Part shown: positions 49,569 to 57,330 of the stretch, one piece after another | Layout of the letters: each line of letters opens with the position of its first letter | Position numbering within the stretch: position 1 is the stretch's first letter | Assembly (NCBI GenBank): GCA_046723735.1 | Contig: JBKOVB010000045.1 | Coordinates: 2,544 to 66,543 of the forward strand | Source: Actinomycetota bacterium | Lineage (GTDB): Bacteria; Actinomycetota; Actinomycetes; Mycobacteriales; SCTD01 | Length of the DNA: 64,000 bases | Direction of reading: 5' to 3' | Program-made: the position numbers and the translations under genes | Notes under the pieces: model-generated | What the model was told of the DNA's origin: nothing | Seen by the model: only the letters and a program-made list of their open reading frames with translations | The model's database searches: none

Positions 49569-50330
49569 TCAGCGGCACTGCTCCTGCGGGGGCCGCTCAC
49601 GCGTCGTACCGGGGGTCGTCGTGACGTCGGCGCGTGGGGAGTTCTCCACCCGGTGCCGTGCGGCCCGCGGCGAGGAGCACGGACCGTCGGGCGGTGTGTC
49701 CGTGAACGGCAGCTGCCAGGCCAGCCGGCTCAGCACCCGCAGGTCCTTGACCCGCTGCACCTGCTCGAAGCCGAAGACGACGCGGGTCAGCAGCTGGTTC
49801 GCGCGGTTGTCCCGGAGCACGTAGCCGTAGGCCTTGACCACCTGTCCGCTGTCGTGAAGGTCCTCGAGGGCGCCGTGCATGACGAAGGCCCCGGCCCCGC
49901 TCGTGCGGTGGGCGGGGAACGACCACAGGTCGTAGAGGTAGGCCTCGTCAGGCTGCAGGTGGAAGCGCAGCCCGCTCCATCGGCAACGGAATGAGGTGGA
50001 CCGGCTCGCCCAGACCCAGGCCGCCACCTGGTCGTCCCGCGTCGCGACGTAGGCGACGTCTCCGCGGCGCAGCCGCTCGGCGGTGCGCCGCTCTCGCCGC
50101 CGCTGCAGCAGCGGGGAGAGCGCGGGGCGCAGCAGCGCGGGCAGCGCCGCCACCCGCTCGCCCGGTGCCCGCACCAGCACGTCGTCGAGCGTCGTCAGGC
50201 GGTGAAGGACGAGGTCCGGGGCGTGCGGGATCGGCGGTGGCGGTTGCACCGTGGACCGGCCCACGACGTCGATGGTGTGCACGAACACCAGGCGACGCAG
50301 CACGGGCTTGAGCCGTGCGGCGGCAGTCAT
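49569..50330 (-). CDS. GNAT-fold acyltransferase, last gene of the adenylation/carrier cassette
   Basis: ATG 50330 overlaps the carrier-protein stop (ATGA). GNAT motif A reads AYLYDLWSFPAHRTSGAGAFVM. Motif B reads AYGYVLRDNRANQLLTRVVFGFEQV. Confidence 0.65.
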   Translation of the reverse strand: MTAAARLKPVLRRLVFVHTIDVVGRSTVQPPPPIPHAPDLVLHRLTTLDDVLVRAPGERVAALPALLRPALSPLLQRRRERRTAERLRRGDVAYVATRDDQVAAWVWASRSTSFRCRWSGLRFHLQPDEAYLYDLWSFPAHRTSGAGAFVMHGALEDLHDSGQVVKAYGYVLRDNRANQLLTRVVFGFEQVQRVKDLRVLSRLAWQLPFTDTPPDGPCSSPRAARHRVENSPRADVTTTPGTTRERPPQEQCR

Positions 50331-50596
50331 GATCGCTTGGCGCCGTCGACGAACTCCGCGATGGTCCGCATCGAGGAGAAGTTGGTCGGGTTGATGTCGA
50401 CGGGGTCGAGCTCCAGCCCGAAGGTCGACTCGATCCGTTCGACGAACTCCACCAGGTGCAGCGAGTCCACGACGCGGTGCTCGAAGAGCAGGTCGTCGTC
50501 GCGCACCCCTCGCATCCGGTCGCTGCCGATGACGTCGACCAGGACGTGGCGGACCTGGGCCAGGCTGTCCTCGCCCGCTGCTCGGTTCTGCTCCAT
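50327..50596 (-). CDS. Acyl/peptidyl carrier protein (89 aa)
   Basis: ATG 50596 overlaps the adenylation-gene stop (ATGA). The phosphopantetheine site reads LFEHRVVDSLHLVEFVERIE (DSL). Confidence 0.8.
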   Translation of the reverse strand: MEQNRAAGEDSLAQVRHVLVDVIGSDRMRGVRDDDLLFEHRVVDSLHLVEFVERIESTFGLELDPVDINPTNFSSMRTIAEFVDGAKRS

Positions 50597-52140
50597 CACG
50601 CGTGCACCCCCCACAGCTCCTGTGCGCGTGCCGTCAGCGCCTGGCGGTCGCACTTGCCGTTCGCCGTCATCGGGAGCGCCTCGGTGACCAGGACGTGCTC
50701 AGGCACCATGTACCCGGGAAGTCGCTGACGACAGGCCTCGAGCAGGGCGTCGACCTCCACCTCCCCGGCGACCGAGCAGAAGGCGACGATCCGGTTGCCG
50801 ACAGTGTCGTCGGGCACCGGGACCGCAGCGCACTCCCGCACCGCGTGGTGCGCGTAGAGCGCCGCCTCGACCTCGCCCAGCTCCACCCGGTAGCCACGCG
50901 TCTTCACGAGATGGTCACGACGGCCGAGGAAGCGCAGCAGCGGGTTGTCACCGTCCTCCATGATCTGGACCACGTCGCCGGTGCGATACGTGTGCGGACG
51001 CGCGAAGCGCTCCGCTGAGCGGTCGACGTCCCCCCAGTAGCCGCTCGCGACCCCTGGCCCTGTGACGACCAGCTCCCCCTCTGCCCCAGGCTCGTGCCGG
51101 GTTGCGCCCGACTCGTCGACCACCTCGCAGCGGTGGTTCGCGCAGCCGCGCCCTATCGGGACGGAACCCGTAGGAGGTGGTGGCTCGGCCACCTCGTAGT
51201 AGGTGCAGACGTTGGTCTCCGTCGGGCCGAAGAGGTTGTAGTAGCGAGGGTGCGGCACCTGGTGCATGAGCTCGGACAGGTACCGGTTGGGAAAGACCTC
51301 GCCCGCGAAGAGCACGAGCCGCAGCGCCGAGAGCGGGAGCGAGGCCAGGTCGCCGTAGCGGACCAGCAGCGACAAGGCCGTGGGCACGGAGTACCAGACG
51401 CTGATCGCGGCCTCGTCGATCCAGCGCGCCAGCTGCACGGGGAAGGCCGTGGCGGGCACGATGCTCGTACTGGCGCCGACCGACGCCGCGCCGAACAGGT
51501 CGAGCGTCGACAGGTCGAAGTGAAGCGGCGCGTGGTTCGACAGGACGTCGTCGGGACGCAGTGCGAACGTGTCACGCGCCCACAGCACGAACGTCAGCGC
51601 GCTCCGGTGTGTGATCGCCACGCCCTTGGGGCGGCCTGTCGAGCCGGACGTGTAGAGGATGTACGCGAGGTCGGTCTCGACGAGCTGCCTCCGCGGCACG
51701 TGCCCGTCCCCGCTCAGGACGTCGTCCCAGGGGATGAAGCCGTCGACGGGGCCACCGCACACGAGGCCGCGCAGCCGTTGCGGGAGCAGCTGCTGCAGGT
51801 CGCGAGCCCGCACGTCGTCGGAGACGAGCGCGACGAGGCCGCAGTCGTCGGCGATCGCGGCGGCCCGCGACGTCGGACCCGAGGGGTCGATCGGCACGTA
51901 GCCGGCGCCGGCGCGCATGATCCCGTAGAGCGCGGTGACTGCCACGAGGCCCTTGTCGACGTAGAGCCCGACGCGGTCGCCGATCCCGACGCCAAGCTCG
52001 ACCAGGCAGGCGGCGACCCGGTCGGCGGCCGCGTCGAGCTCGCCCCACGTCGCGCAGGCCTCGCCGGCTCGCACGGCCGTCGCGTGAGGAGTCCTGGCAG
52101 CAGCCTCGCTGAGCAGCTGGTCCAGGCGGAAGGGCTCCAC
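50596..52140 (-). CDS. Stand-alone amino-acid adenylation enzyme (DltA-like size; no C, T or TE domains)
   Basis: GTG 52140 directly abuts the upstream TGA. The core motifs are LAYILYTSGSTGRPKGV (A3), HFDLST (A4), NLFGPTE (A5), GELVVTGPGVASGYW (A6), YRTGD (A7), GRRDHLVKTRGYRVELGEVE (A8) and NGKCDR (A10). Confidence 0.9.
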   Translation of the reverse strand: MEPFRLDQLLSEAAARTPHATAVRAGEACATWGELDAAADRVAACLVELGVGIGDRVGLYVDKGLVAVTALYGIMRAGAGYVPIDPSGPTSRAAAIADDCGLVALVSDDVRARDLQQLLPQRLRGLVCGGPVDGFIPWDDVLSGDGHVPRRQLVETDLAYILYTSGSTGRPKGVAITHRSALTFVLWARDTFALRPDDVLSNHAPLHFDLSTLDLFGAASVGASTSIVPATAFPVQLARWIDEAAISVWYSVPTALSLLVRYGDLASLPLSALRLVLFAGEVFPNRYLSELMHQVPHPRYYNLFGPTETNVCTYYEVAEPPPPTGSVPIGRGCANHRCEVVDESGATRHEPGAEGELVVTGPGVASGYWGDVDRSAERFARPHTYRTGDVVQIMEDGDNPLLRFLGRRDHLVKTRGYRVELGEVEAALYAHHAVRECAAVPVPDDTVGNRIVAFCSVAGEVEVDALLEACRQRLPGYMVPEHVLVTEALPMTANGKCDRQALTARAQELWGVHA

Positions 52141-53313
52141 TCAGCTCCCTCCCTCCGTGGCGGCGGTGCCGAGGCCGAGGTCTTGCGCGACGAGATTGCG
52201 CATGATCTCGGAGGTACCGGAGTAGATGAGGCCACCGACCGCGTCACGCACGTTGCGCTCCACGCCTGCCTGCGTCATGTAGCCGAGGCCGCCGTGCACC
52301 TGGACGCTGTCGAGGCTGCTGGCCAGGGCGCTCTCGCTGGTCCAGAGCTTGGCGAGGGCCGCCTCGCTGCCGGCCGTCCGTCCCTGCGCCAGCAGCCAGG
52401 CTGCGCGGTAGACCAGCATCCGGCTGCACTCGAGGCGCAGGTGCATGTCGACGACCCGGTGCGCGACCGCCTGCTGGGTGCCGATGGGCGCGCCGAAGGC
52501 CGTGCGCGCGGTCGCGTACGCCCGCGTCTCGTCGAGCTGGCGTTGCAGGGTGCCGACGTGGAGCGCGCTGAGGAACGTCCGCTCCCAAGCCATCGCGGCG
52601 TGGAACACCGCGAGCCCCCGGCCTCGCTTGCCCAGCAGAGCACCGCTCGGGACGTGCACGTCCTCGAAGGCGATCTCGCCGAGCGGGGAGGTGCGCAGGC
52701 CCATCTTGGGCTCCACGGGGCCGCGGGACACACCGGCGGCCGAGGTGGGCACGAGGAACGCCGTGATCCCGCCGAGCAGCTCCTGCGAGCCGGTCGAGGC
52801 GAAGCACAGGACGAGGTCGGCGACCGGGGCGTTCGTGATGTACGACTTGCGACCGCTCAGCAGCCAGCCGTCCGGGGCCTCCCGCGCCGTCGTGCGAATC
52901 GCCAGGGCGTCGGAGCCGGTGTCCGGCTCCGTGATGGCGAGCGCCCCGATGGTCGTGCCCGCGAGCAGTCCGGGCAGGTGCTGGGCCAGCTGGTCGTCGT
53001 CGCCGAAGTGCACGAGTGCGACGAGGAGGACCCAGGCCTGCACGGACGCCGAGAACAGCAGCCCGAAGTCGGGGCAGCCCTCGGCGAGCGCCTCGGTCAC
53101 GAGCAGCCCGGTCAGCGGGTCGAGCCCCGCCCCTCCGAGCTCCGGCGGTACGCCGAGGCCGAAGTAGCCCCAGTCCGCGAGCCGTTGCCACTTCTCCGCC
53201 GGGAACCGGCCGGCGGCGTCGTCCTCAGCGACGCCTGCACCCAGCACGTCTCGAGCGAACGCCGCGGCCTGCTGACGCAGCGCGGACTGCTCCTCGCTCC
53301 ATCCGAACTCCAC
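52141..53313 (-). CDS. Acyl-CoA-dehydrogenase-family flavoprotein, first gene of the cassette
   Basis: GTG 53313 gives the typical ACAD N-terminus (V)EFGWSEEQ. Motifs include ALAITEPDTGSD, GRKSYITNAP, AMAWERTF and IYSGTSEIMRNLVA. Confidence 0.85.
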   Translation of the reverse strand: MEFGWSEEQSALRQQAAAFARDVLGAGVAEDDAAGRFPAEKWQRLADWGYFGLGVPPELGGAGLDPLTGLLVTEALAEGCPDFGLLFSASVQAWVLLVALVHFGDDDQLAQHLPGLLAGTTIGALAITEPDTGSDALAIRTTAREAPDGWLLSGRKSYITNAPVADLVLCFASTGSQELLGGITAFLVPTSAAGVSRGPVEPKMGLRTSPLGEIAFEDVHVPSGALLGKRGRGLAVFHAAMAWERTFLSALHVGTLQRQLDETRAYATARTAFGAPIGTQQAVAHRVVDMHLRLECSRMLVYRAAWLLAQGRTAGSEAALAKLWTSESALASSLDSVQVHGGLGYMTQAGVERNVRDAVGGLIYSGTSEIMRNLVAQDLGLGTAATEGGS

Positions 53314-53385
53314 CTGGGGAGGAGTTGTCGTGATTCGGACTTGATACCTGAACCGTTGATACACCGGCCGTGGCGCGGCGCGCTG

Positions 53386-53835
53386 TCAGCAGCAGGCGGT
53401 CACCTGGTCGGCGTCCGCCTCGCAGCAGGCGCCCGACTCCTCTGCGCCGAAGGTGTCGCTGTCGGCGAGGACCGTGTAGACCTCCCACCGCTCCCCGCCG
53501 GGACCCGTGACCCAGACCTTGTCCTGCGTCGCGAAGCAGCAGGTCTGCCCCTTCTCCTCATCGGTGAGCAGGCCTGCGTCGCTCAGGCGGGTGACTTCGG
53601 CGTCCACCCGCGTGCTGTCCGGGACCTCCACGCCGAGGTGGTTCAGCGTCCCTCCCTGGCCGGGGTTCTCGAGGAGCACGAGCTTGAGAGGTGGCTGCGC
53701 CACGGCGAAGTTGGCGTAGCCGGGCTTGACCTTCGACGGGCCGGTGCTGAACAGCGTCGAGTAGAACGCGATCGCCGCGTCGAGGTCGTCGACGTTCAGG
53801 GCGAGCTGGACGCGGCCTCCGGGCGGGACAGTCAT
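53386..53835 (-). CDS. ArsI/CadI-family VOC (glyoxalase-fold) metalloenzyme
   Basis: ATG 53835 has AAGGAG 6 nt upstream. Translation reads VQLALNVDDLDAAIAFYSTLF...LNHLGVEV. It has the vicinal Cys pair GQTCCFATQDKVW and a Cys-rich tail GACCEADADQVTACC. Confidence 0.8.
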   Translation of the reverse strand: MTVPPGGRVQLALNVDDLDAAIAFYSTLFSTGPSKVKPGYANFAVAQPPLKLVLLENPGQGGTLNHLGVEVPDSTRVDAEVTRLSDAGLLTDEEKGQTCCFATQDKVWVTGPGGERWEVYTVLADSDTFGAEESGACCEADADQVTACC

Positions 53836-53849
53836 GACGGGCTCCTTCG

Positions 53850-53865
53850 TTCGACATTTGTCGAA
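53850..53865. promoter_or_regulatory. Perfect 7-2-7 inverted repeat TTCGACA-tt-TGTCGAA; candidate ArsR operator
   Basis: It sits in the 106-nt divergent arsI/cadI-arsR intergenic region, immediately 5' of the arsI RBS. A degenerate second copy (cTCGAtg-tt-cGTCGAA) lies at 53906-53921. Confidence 0.5.
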
Positions 53866-53941
53866 TAAGACGATGCCTCGACGTGAGACGTTCGTCAAGA
53901 CATTCCTCGATGTTCGTCGAACTCTGTGTCAGGATGGTCCC

Positions 53942-54298
53942 GTGCCCAAGGCCCTTCCTGTCGTCGACATCAGCGCGCCGGTCTGCTGCGAGCCGCTCGC
54001 CGCCGGCGTCGTGAACCCCGACGACGCCCTCGCCGTGGCGCTACGCCTCAAGGCCCTCGCCGACCCGGTCCGCGTGCAGCTGATGTCCATGCTCCTGGCC
54101 CAGCCGGACCACGGGATCTGCACCTGCGACCTGGCCCCCGCGGTGGGGCTCACCGAGGCCACGATCAGCCACCACCTGAAGCAGCTGAGGGACGCGGGCC
54201 TGGTCGAGGGGACCCGCAAGGGCACCAACGTGTTCTACCGGCCGCAGCGGGACTGCCTCGCGGCGCTGGTTCGGGTGCTCGACCCGAGCTGCTGCTGA
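53942..54298 (+). CDS. arsR: ArsR/SmtB-family metalloregulator
   Basis: GTG 53942. Translation reads LKALADPVRVQLMSMLL...ICTCDLAPAVGLTEATISHHLKQLRDAGLV, with additional Cys pairs near both termini (VCCEP, PSCC). Confidence 0.85.
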   Translation: MPKALPVVDISAPVCCEPLAAGVVNPDDALAVALRLKALADPVRVQLMSMLLAQPDHGICTCDLAPAVGLTEATISHHLKQLRDAGLVEGTRKGTNVFYRPQRDCLAALVRVLDPSCC

Positions 54299-54303
54299 CT
54301 GCC

Positions 54304-54723
54304 GTGAATACGCCGGTGATCCTCTTCGCCTGTGTCCACAACGGTGGGCGCAGCCTCGCCGCGAAGGTGCTCGCCGAGCGCTATGCCGGAGGTGCGGCGA
54401 TCGTCCGGTCCGCTGGCAGCGAGCCGGGCGACAGCCTCAACCCGGTGGTCGTGCAGGTGCTGCACGAGCGCGGGCTGTCGACAGAGGGCGAAGCCCCGAC
54501 GCAGCTCACGTACGACGGGGTGCAGGCGGCCGACGTCGTGATCACCATGGGCTGCGGCGAGACGTGTCCGGTCTTCCCCGGCAAGCGGTACGAGGACTGG
54601 GAGCTCGAGGACCCCAAGGGCAGGGACCTGGCCACCGTGCGCCGGATCGTGGACGAGGTGGACGTCCGCGTGCGCGGGCTGCTCGACGACCTCGGCATCC
54701 CGCGACGGCCCGTGCGCCCCTGA
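54304..54723 (+). CDS. arsC: LMW-PTPase-type arsenate reductase (single-Cys P-loop CVHNGGRS, as in mycothiol-dependent ArsC)
   Basis: GTG 54304. Translation reads VILFACVHNGGRSLAAKVLAE...VITMGCGETCP...EDWELEDP. Confidence 0.8.
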   Translation: MNTPVILFACVHNGGRSLAAKVLAERYAGGAAIVRSAGSEPGDSLNPVVVQVLHERGLSTEGEAPTQLTYDGVQAADVVITMGCGETCPVFPGKRYEDWELEDPKGRDLATVRRIVDEVDVRVRGLLDDLGIPRRPVRP

Positions 54724-54973
54724 GCGAGTCGGGGCCTCCGGGTGCGCCCCTTGCACGAGCACCCCTTCCCATTGCGCGCAGCACGCGGCAGGCGCACGCT
54801 GACGCACACATCGACCATGGACCGTGGCGAGCGCGGACGGAGGCCGGCGCAGGCCCCGCCTCGGCTCTCGATCGGTGACTCCAGAACGGAGCGGCAGGGC
54901 CGTCGCCCGGCATGTGCTGTGCGGTGACGACGACCCCGTGACCTGCACGAGTCGTGGGGAGGAGAAGCAGCGC

Positions 54974-56080
54974 ATGAAGGAATCACCGATCAGGGTCGGC
55001 GTCATCGCGGACCAGACCGGGCCGCTGTCGTTCATGGGTGTCGCCAACGCCAACGTGGCCACGATGGTCGTGGACGACATCAACGCGAAGGGCGGCTTGC
55101 TGGGGCGGCAGATCGAGCTGTATCTCGAAGACAGCGAGACGACAGACAGTGCGGCCGAGGCAGCTGCGAGGAAGCTCGTCGAGCAAGACCACGTCGACGT
55201 GGTCCTCGGTGGGATCTACAGCTCCACCCGGCAGGCGATCAAGGGTCCGGTCGTCGTCGAAGGCGAGACGCTGTACATCTACCCCGAGCAGTACGAAGGA
55301 CAGGAGTCCGACCCGCTCATCTTCTGCACCGGCCCGGTCCCGGCGCAGCAGGTCGACCCGCTCATTCCTTGGCTGATGCAGCGGACGGGGGCGAAGAAGT
55401 TCTACCTGCCGTCTGCCGACTACATCTGGCCGCATGTCCTTAACCAGAAGGTGCGCGACGTCGTCACCGCCAACGGCGGCACGATCGTCGGCGAGGAGTA
55501 CTTCCCCCTCGACCACGCGGACTACAAGGAGACGGTCGCCAGGATCGAGTCCAGCGGTGCCGACGTCGTCTTCAACACGATCGTCCCGCCAGGACTCACG
55601 CCGTTCCTCGAGCAGCTCGGCAACTCCGGATTCGCGGAGCGCGGCGGGCAGCTCGTCTGCACCTACTTCGACGAGAACTTCCTCAACCTCGTGCCGGCGG
55701 AACAGGTCGAAGGCTTGTACAGCTGCCTCGACTACTACCAGGCGGTCAACGACCCGTTCAGCACACAGCTGATCCAGCTCTACGACGAGCGCTATCCGGG
55801 CAGTGCCAAGTTCACGGCGGGAAGCGCGTGCACGGGCATGTACCGCGGCCTGAAGCTCTGGGAGGCGGCCGTGAAGGAGGCCGGCTCACTGGATCAGGAG
55901 GCCGTGATCGAGGCGCTCGACCACGCACGGATCACGGACGGTCCGGGCGGCTCGGCCGAGATGGTGCCGGGCCAGCACCACCTGCGCCTGAACATGTACA
56001 TCGCACAGGCGCACAACGGCGAGTTCGATGTGGTCAAGAGCCTCGGAGTCATCGAGCCGAACGAACGCGTCGTGGCCTGA
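54974..56080 (+). CDS. AmiC-like cytoplasmic amide/urea-binding protein (type I periplasmic-binding fold, no signal peptide)
   Basis: ATG 54974 follows GGAGGAG. The protein begins directly with IRVGVIADQTGPLS. LYIYPEQYEGQESDPLIFCTGPVPAQQ...FYLPSADYIWPHVLNQKVRDVVTANGGTIVGEEYFPL...GADVVFNTIV parallels P. aeruginosa AmiC ([26 protein letters not shown]...FIGSDYIYPRESNHVMRHL...GGTVLEEIYIPL...ADVVFSTVV) as I recall it. Confidence 0.8.
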   Translation: MKESPIRVGVIADQTGPLSFMGVANANVATMVVDDINAKGGLLGRQIELYLEDSETTDSAAEAAARKLVEQDHVDVVLGGIYSSTRQAIKGPVVVEGETLYIYPEQYEGQESDPLIFCTGPVPAQQVDPLIPWLMQRTGAKKFYLPSADYIWPHVLNQKVRDVVTANGGTIVGEEYFPLDHADYKETVARIESSGADVVFNTIVPPGLTPFLEQLGNSGFAERGGQLVCTYFDENFLNLVPAEQVEGLYSCLDYYQAVNDPFSTQLIQLYDERYPGSAKFTAGSACTGMYRGLKLWEAAVKEAGSLDQEAVIEALDHARITDGPGGSAEMVPGQHHLRLNMYIAQAHNGEFDVVKSLGVIEPNERVVA

Positions 56081-56122
56081 GCCGAGCCACGGCGATCAAA
56101 CTCCGACGAAAGGATCAACCCG

Positions 56123-56395
56123 ATGTTCCTGGCAACGACAACAGTTGAGGACTTCGACCGCTTCTTGGAGATCTTCTCGACGAAGGGCGCGGAAAAGCGG
56201 CGTCAGCACGGGTCCAAGGGGTCGACCGTGTTCCGCGACCCGAACGAGGGCGACCGGGTCTGGGTCCTCTTCGACTGGGACGCCGAAGGCTTCCAGAACT
56301 TCATCTCCGACCCTGAGGTCCCGCCGATCATCCAGGAGGCCGGGCACAAGAGCAGGCCACAGCCCGCGGAGTTCAGCGGCTCCTACGACGCGTAG
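56123..56395 (+). CDS. Small hypothetical protein (90 aa; possibly ferredoxin-like/ABM fold)
   Basis: ATG 56123 follows AAGGA. Translation reads TVEDFDRFLEIFSTKGAEKRRQHGSKGSTVFRDPNEGDRVWVLFDWD. The fold guess is inference only. Confidence 0.55.
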   Translation: MFLATTTVEDFDRFLEIFSTKGAEKRRQHGSKGSTVFRDPNEGDRVWVLFDWDAEGFQNFISDPEVPPIIQEAGHKSRPQPAEFSGSYDA

Positions 56396-56544
56396 GTCTG
56401 GGCTGTCAGAAAGGTCCTGACCCTGCCGCCATGGTGCGGCTTCGCCACGGCATGAGAGCCCTGCAGGGCGGACGGGGCGGCGAGCAGCCCTAGAGACGAC
56501 TCAGGGCGTCCCCTCCGGTGAGAGAACGCCCAGGTCACAACGGG

Positions 56545-56617
56545 TGCGCCGCCAGGGACTCGAACCCCGAACCCGCGGATTAAGAGTCCGCTGCTCTGCC
56601 AGTTGAGCTAGCGGCGC
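56545..56617 (-). tRNA. tRNA-Lys (anticodon CTT)
   Basis: The reverse complement reads GCGCCGC TA GCTC AACTGGCA GAGC A GCGGA CTCTTAA TCCGC GGGTT CGGGG TTCGAGT CCCTG GCGGCGC A. This gives a full cloverleaf of 73 nt. CCA is not encoded. Confidence 0.9.
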
Positions 56618-56755
56618 CGGTCGTGCAGGCGGAAACACTAGCAGGTCGGGCGCGCGTGCTGACGGGCCCCCCGACGTCACCCAGGCGGGTGACTTCGGCG
56701 CACGGACGGCAACCGAAGGAGGCATACACAGCACCAGTGAGTCGAGGAGGGCCCG

Positions 56756-56980
56756 ATGAGCACCACCACGATGGAGCGGGCCCCGCTCTCGATCGCCGAC
56801 CGGTGCGACCGGTGCGGCGCCCAGGCCTTCATGAGGGCGCTATTCGTCAACGGCGACCTGATGTTCTGCGGGCACCACGGCCGCGAGCTGCGCGAGCAGC
56901 TCGACCGGGACGCCCTGCTCGTCGAAGACGCGACCGACCTCATCAACGCCAAGCCCAGCCCGAGCGCGAACTCCGACTAA
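56756..56980 (+). CDS. Small conserved Cys/His zinc-ribbon-like protein (74 aa)
   Basis: Translation reads CDRCGAQAFMRALFVNGDLMFCGHHG. G+C at third codon positions is high. I recall small proteins of this type being widespread in Actinobacteria. Confidence 0.65.
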   Translation: MSTTTMERAPLSIADRCDRCGAQAFMRALFVNGDLMFCGHHGRELREQLDRDALLVEDATDLINAKPSPSANSD

Positions 56981-57306
56981 GCGCGCAGCCCCTCCACCTG
57001 ACGGGCAGCGCCCAGGAGCTCGGCGAACTCCTCCGGGTGCAGCTCGGCCAGCTGGTCGAGCGCGGCCCGGCGTGCCCGCCGCTCCCGCACCTCGAGGTCG
57101 CCGCTGCCCGCCACGCCGAGCAGCGGTGAGCGCTCAGCGGGCGCAGGTGCGCTCGCAGCACGGACAGTGGTGACGGCCGAGGCGCGGGCCTTCTTCACCT
57201 TGGGCGGGGGACCGGCCAGGCAGCCTCGACAGGTCGTGGCGTCGTCGTCGAACTCGCTCGCCGGGAGGACCTTCCTGCAGGAGTCGCACCGGATCCAGGA
57301 AGCCAC
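56977..57306 (-). CDS. Hypothetical small protein with N-terminal CxxC...CxxC
   Basis: GTG start. Translation reads WIRCDSCRKVLPASEFDDDATTCRGCL. G+C at third codon positions is high. It overlaps the convergent gene by 4 nt. Confidence 0.5.
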   Translation of the reverse strand: MASWIRCDSCRKVLPASEFDDDATTCRGCLAGPPPKVKKARASAVTTVRAASAPAPAERSPLLGVAGSGDLEVRERRARRAALDQLAELHPEEFAELLGAARQVEGLRA

Positions 57307-57330
57307 GTCGTCACTCTAGACGGCGGGTTC

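Noticed and set aside
54739-54748. 10-nt match (cgggtgcgcc) to the tRNA-Lys 3' flank (56541-56550) as a possible att direct repeat bounding the low-G+C islet
   Set aside because: Only 6 of the 10 nt fall inside the tRNA. A 10-mer of this composition is expected by chance in 64 kb of high-G+C DNA, and no integrase is present.
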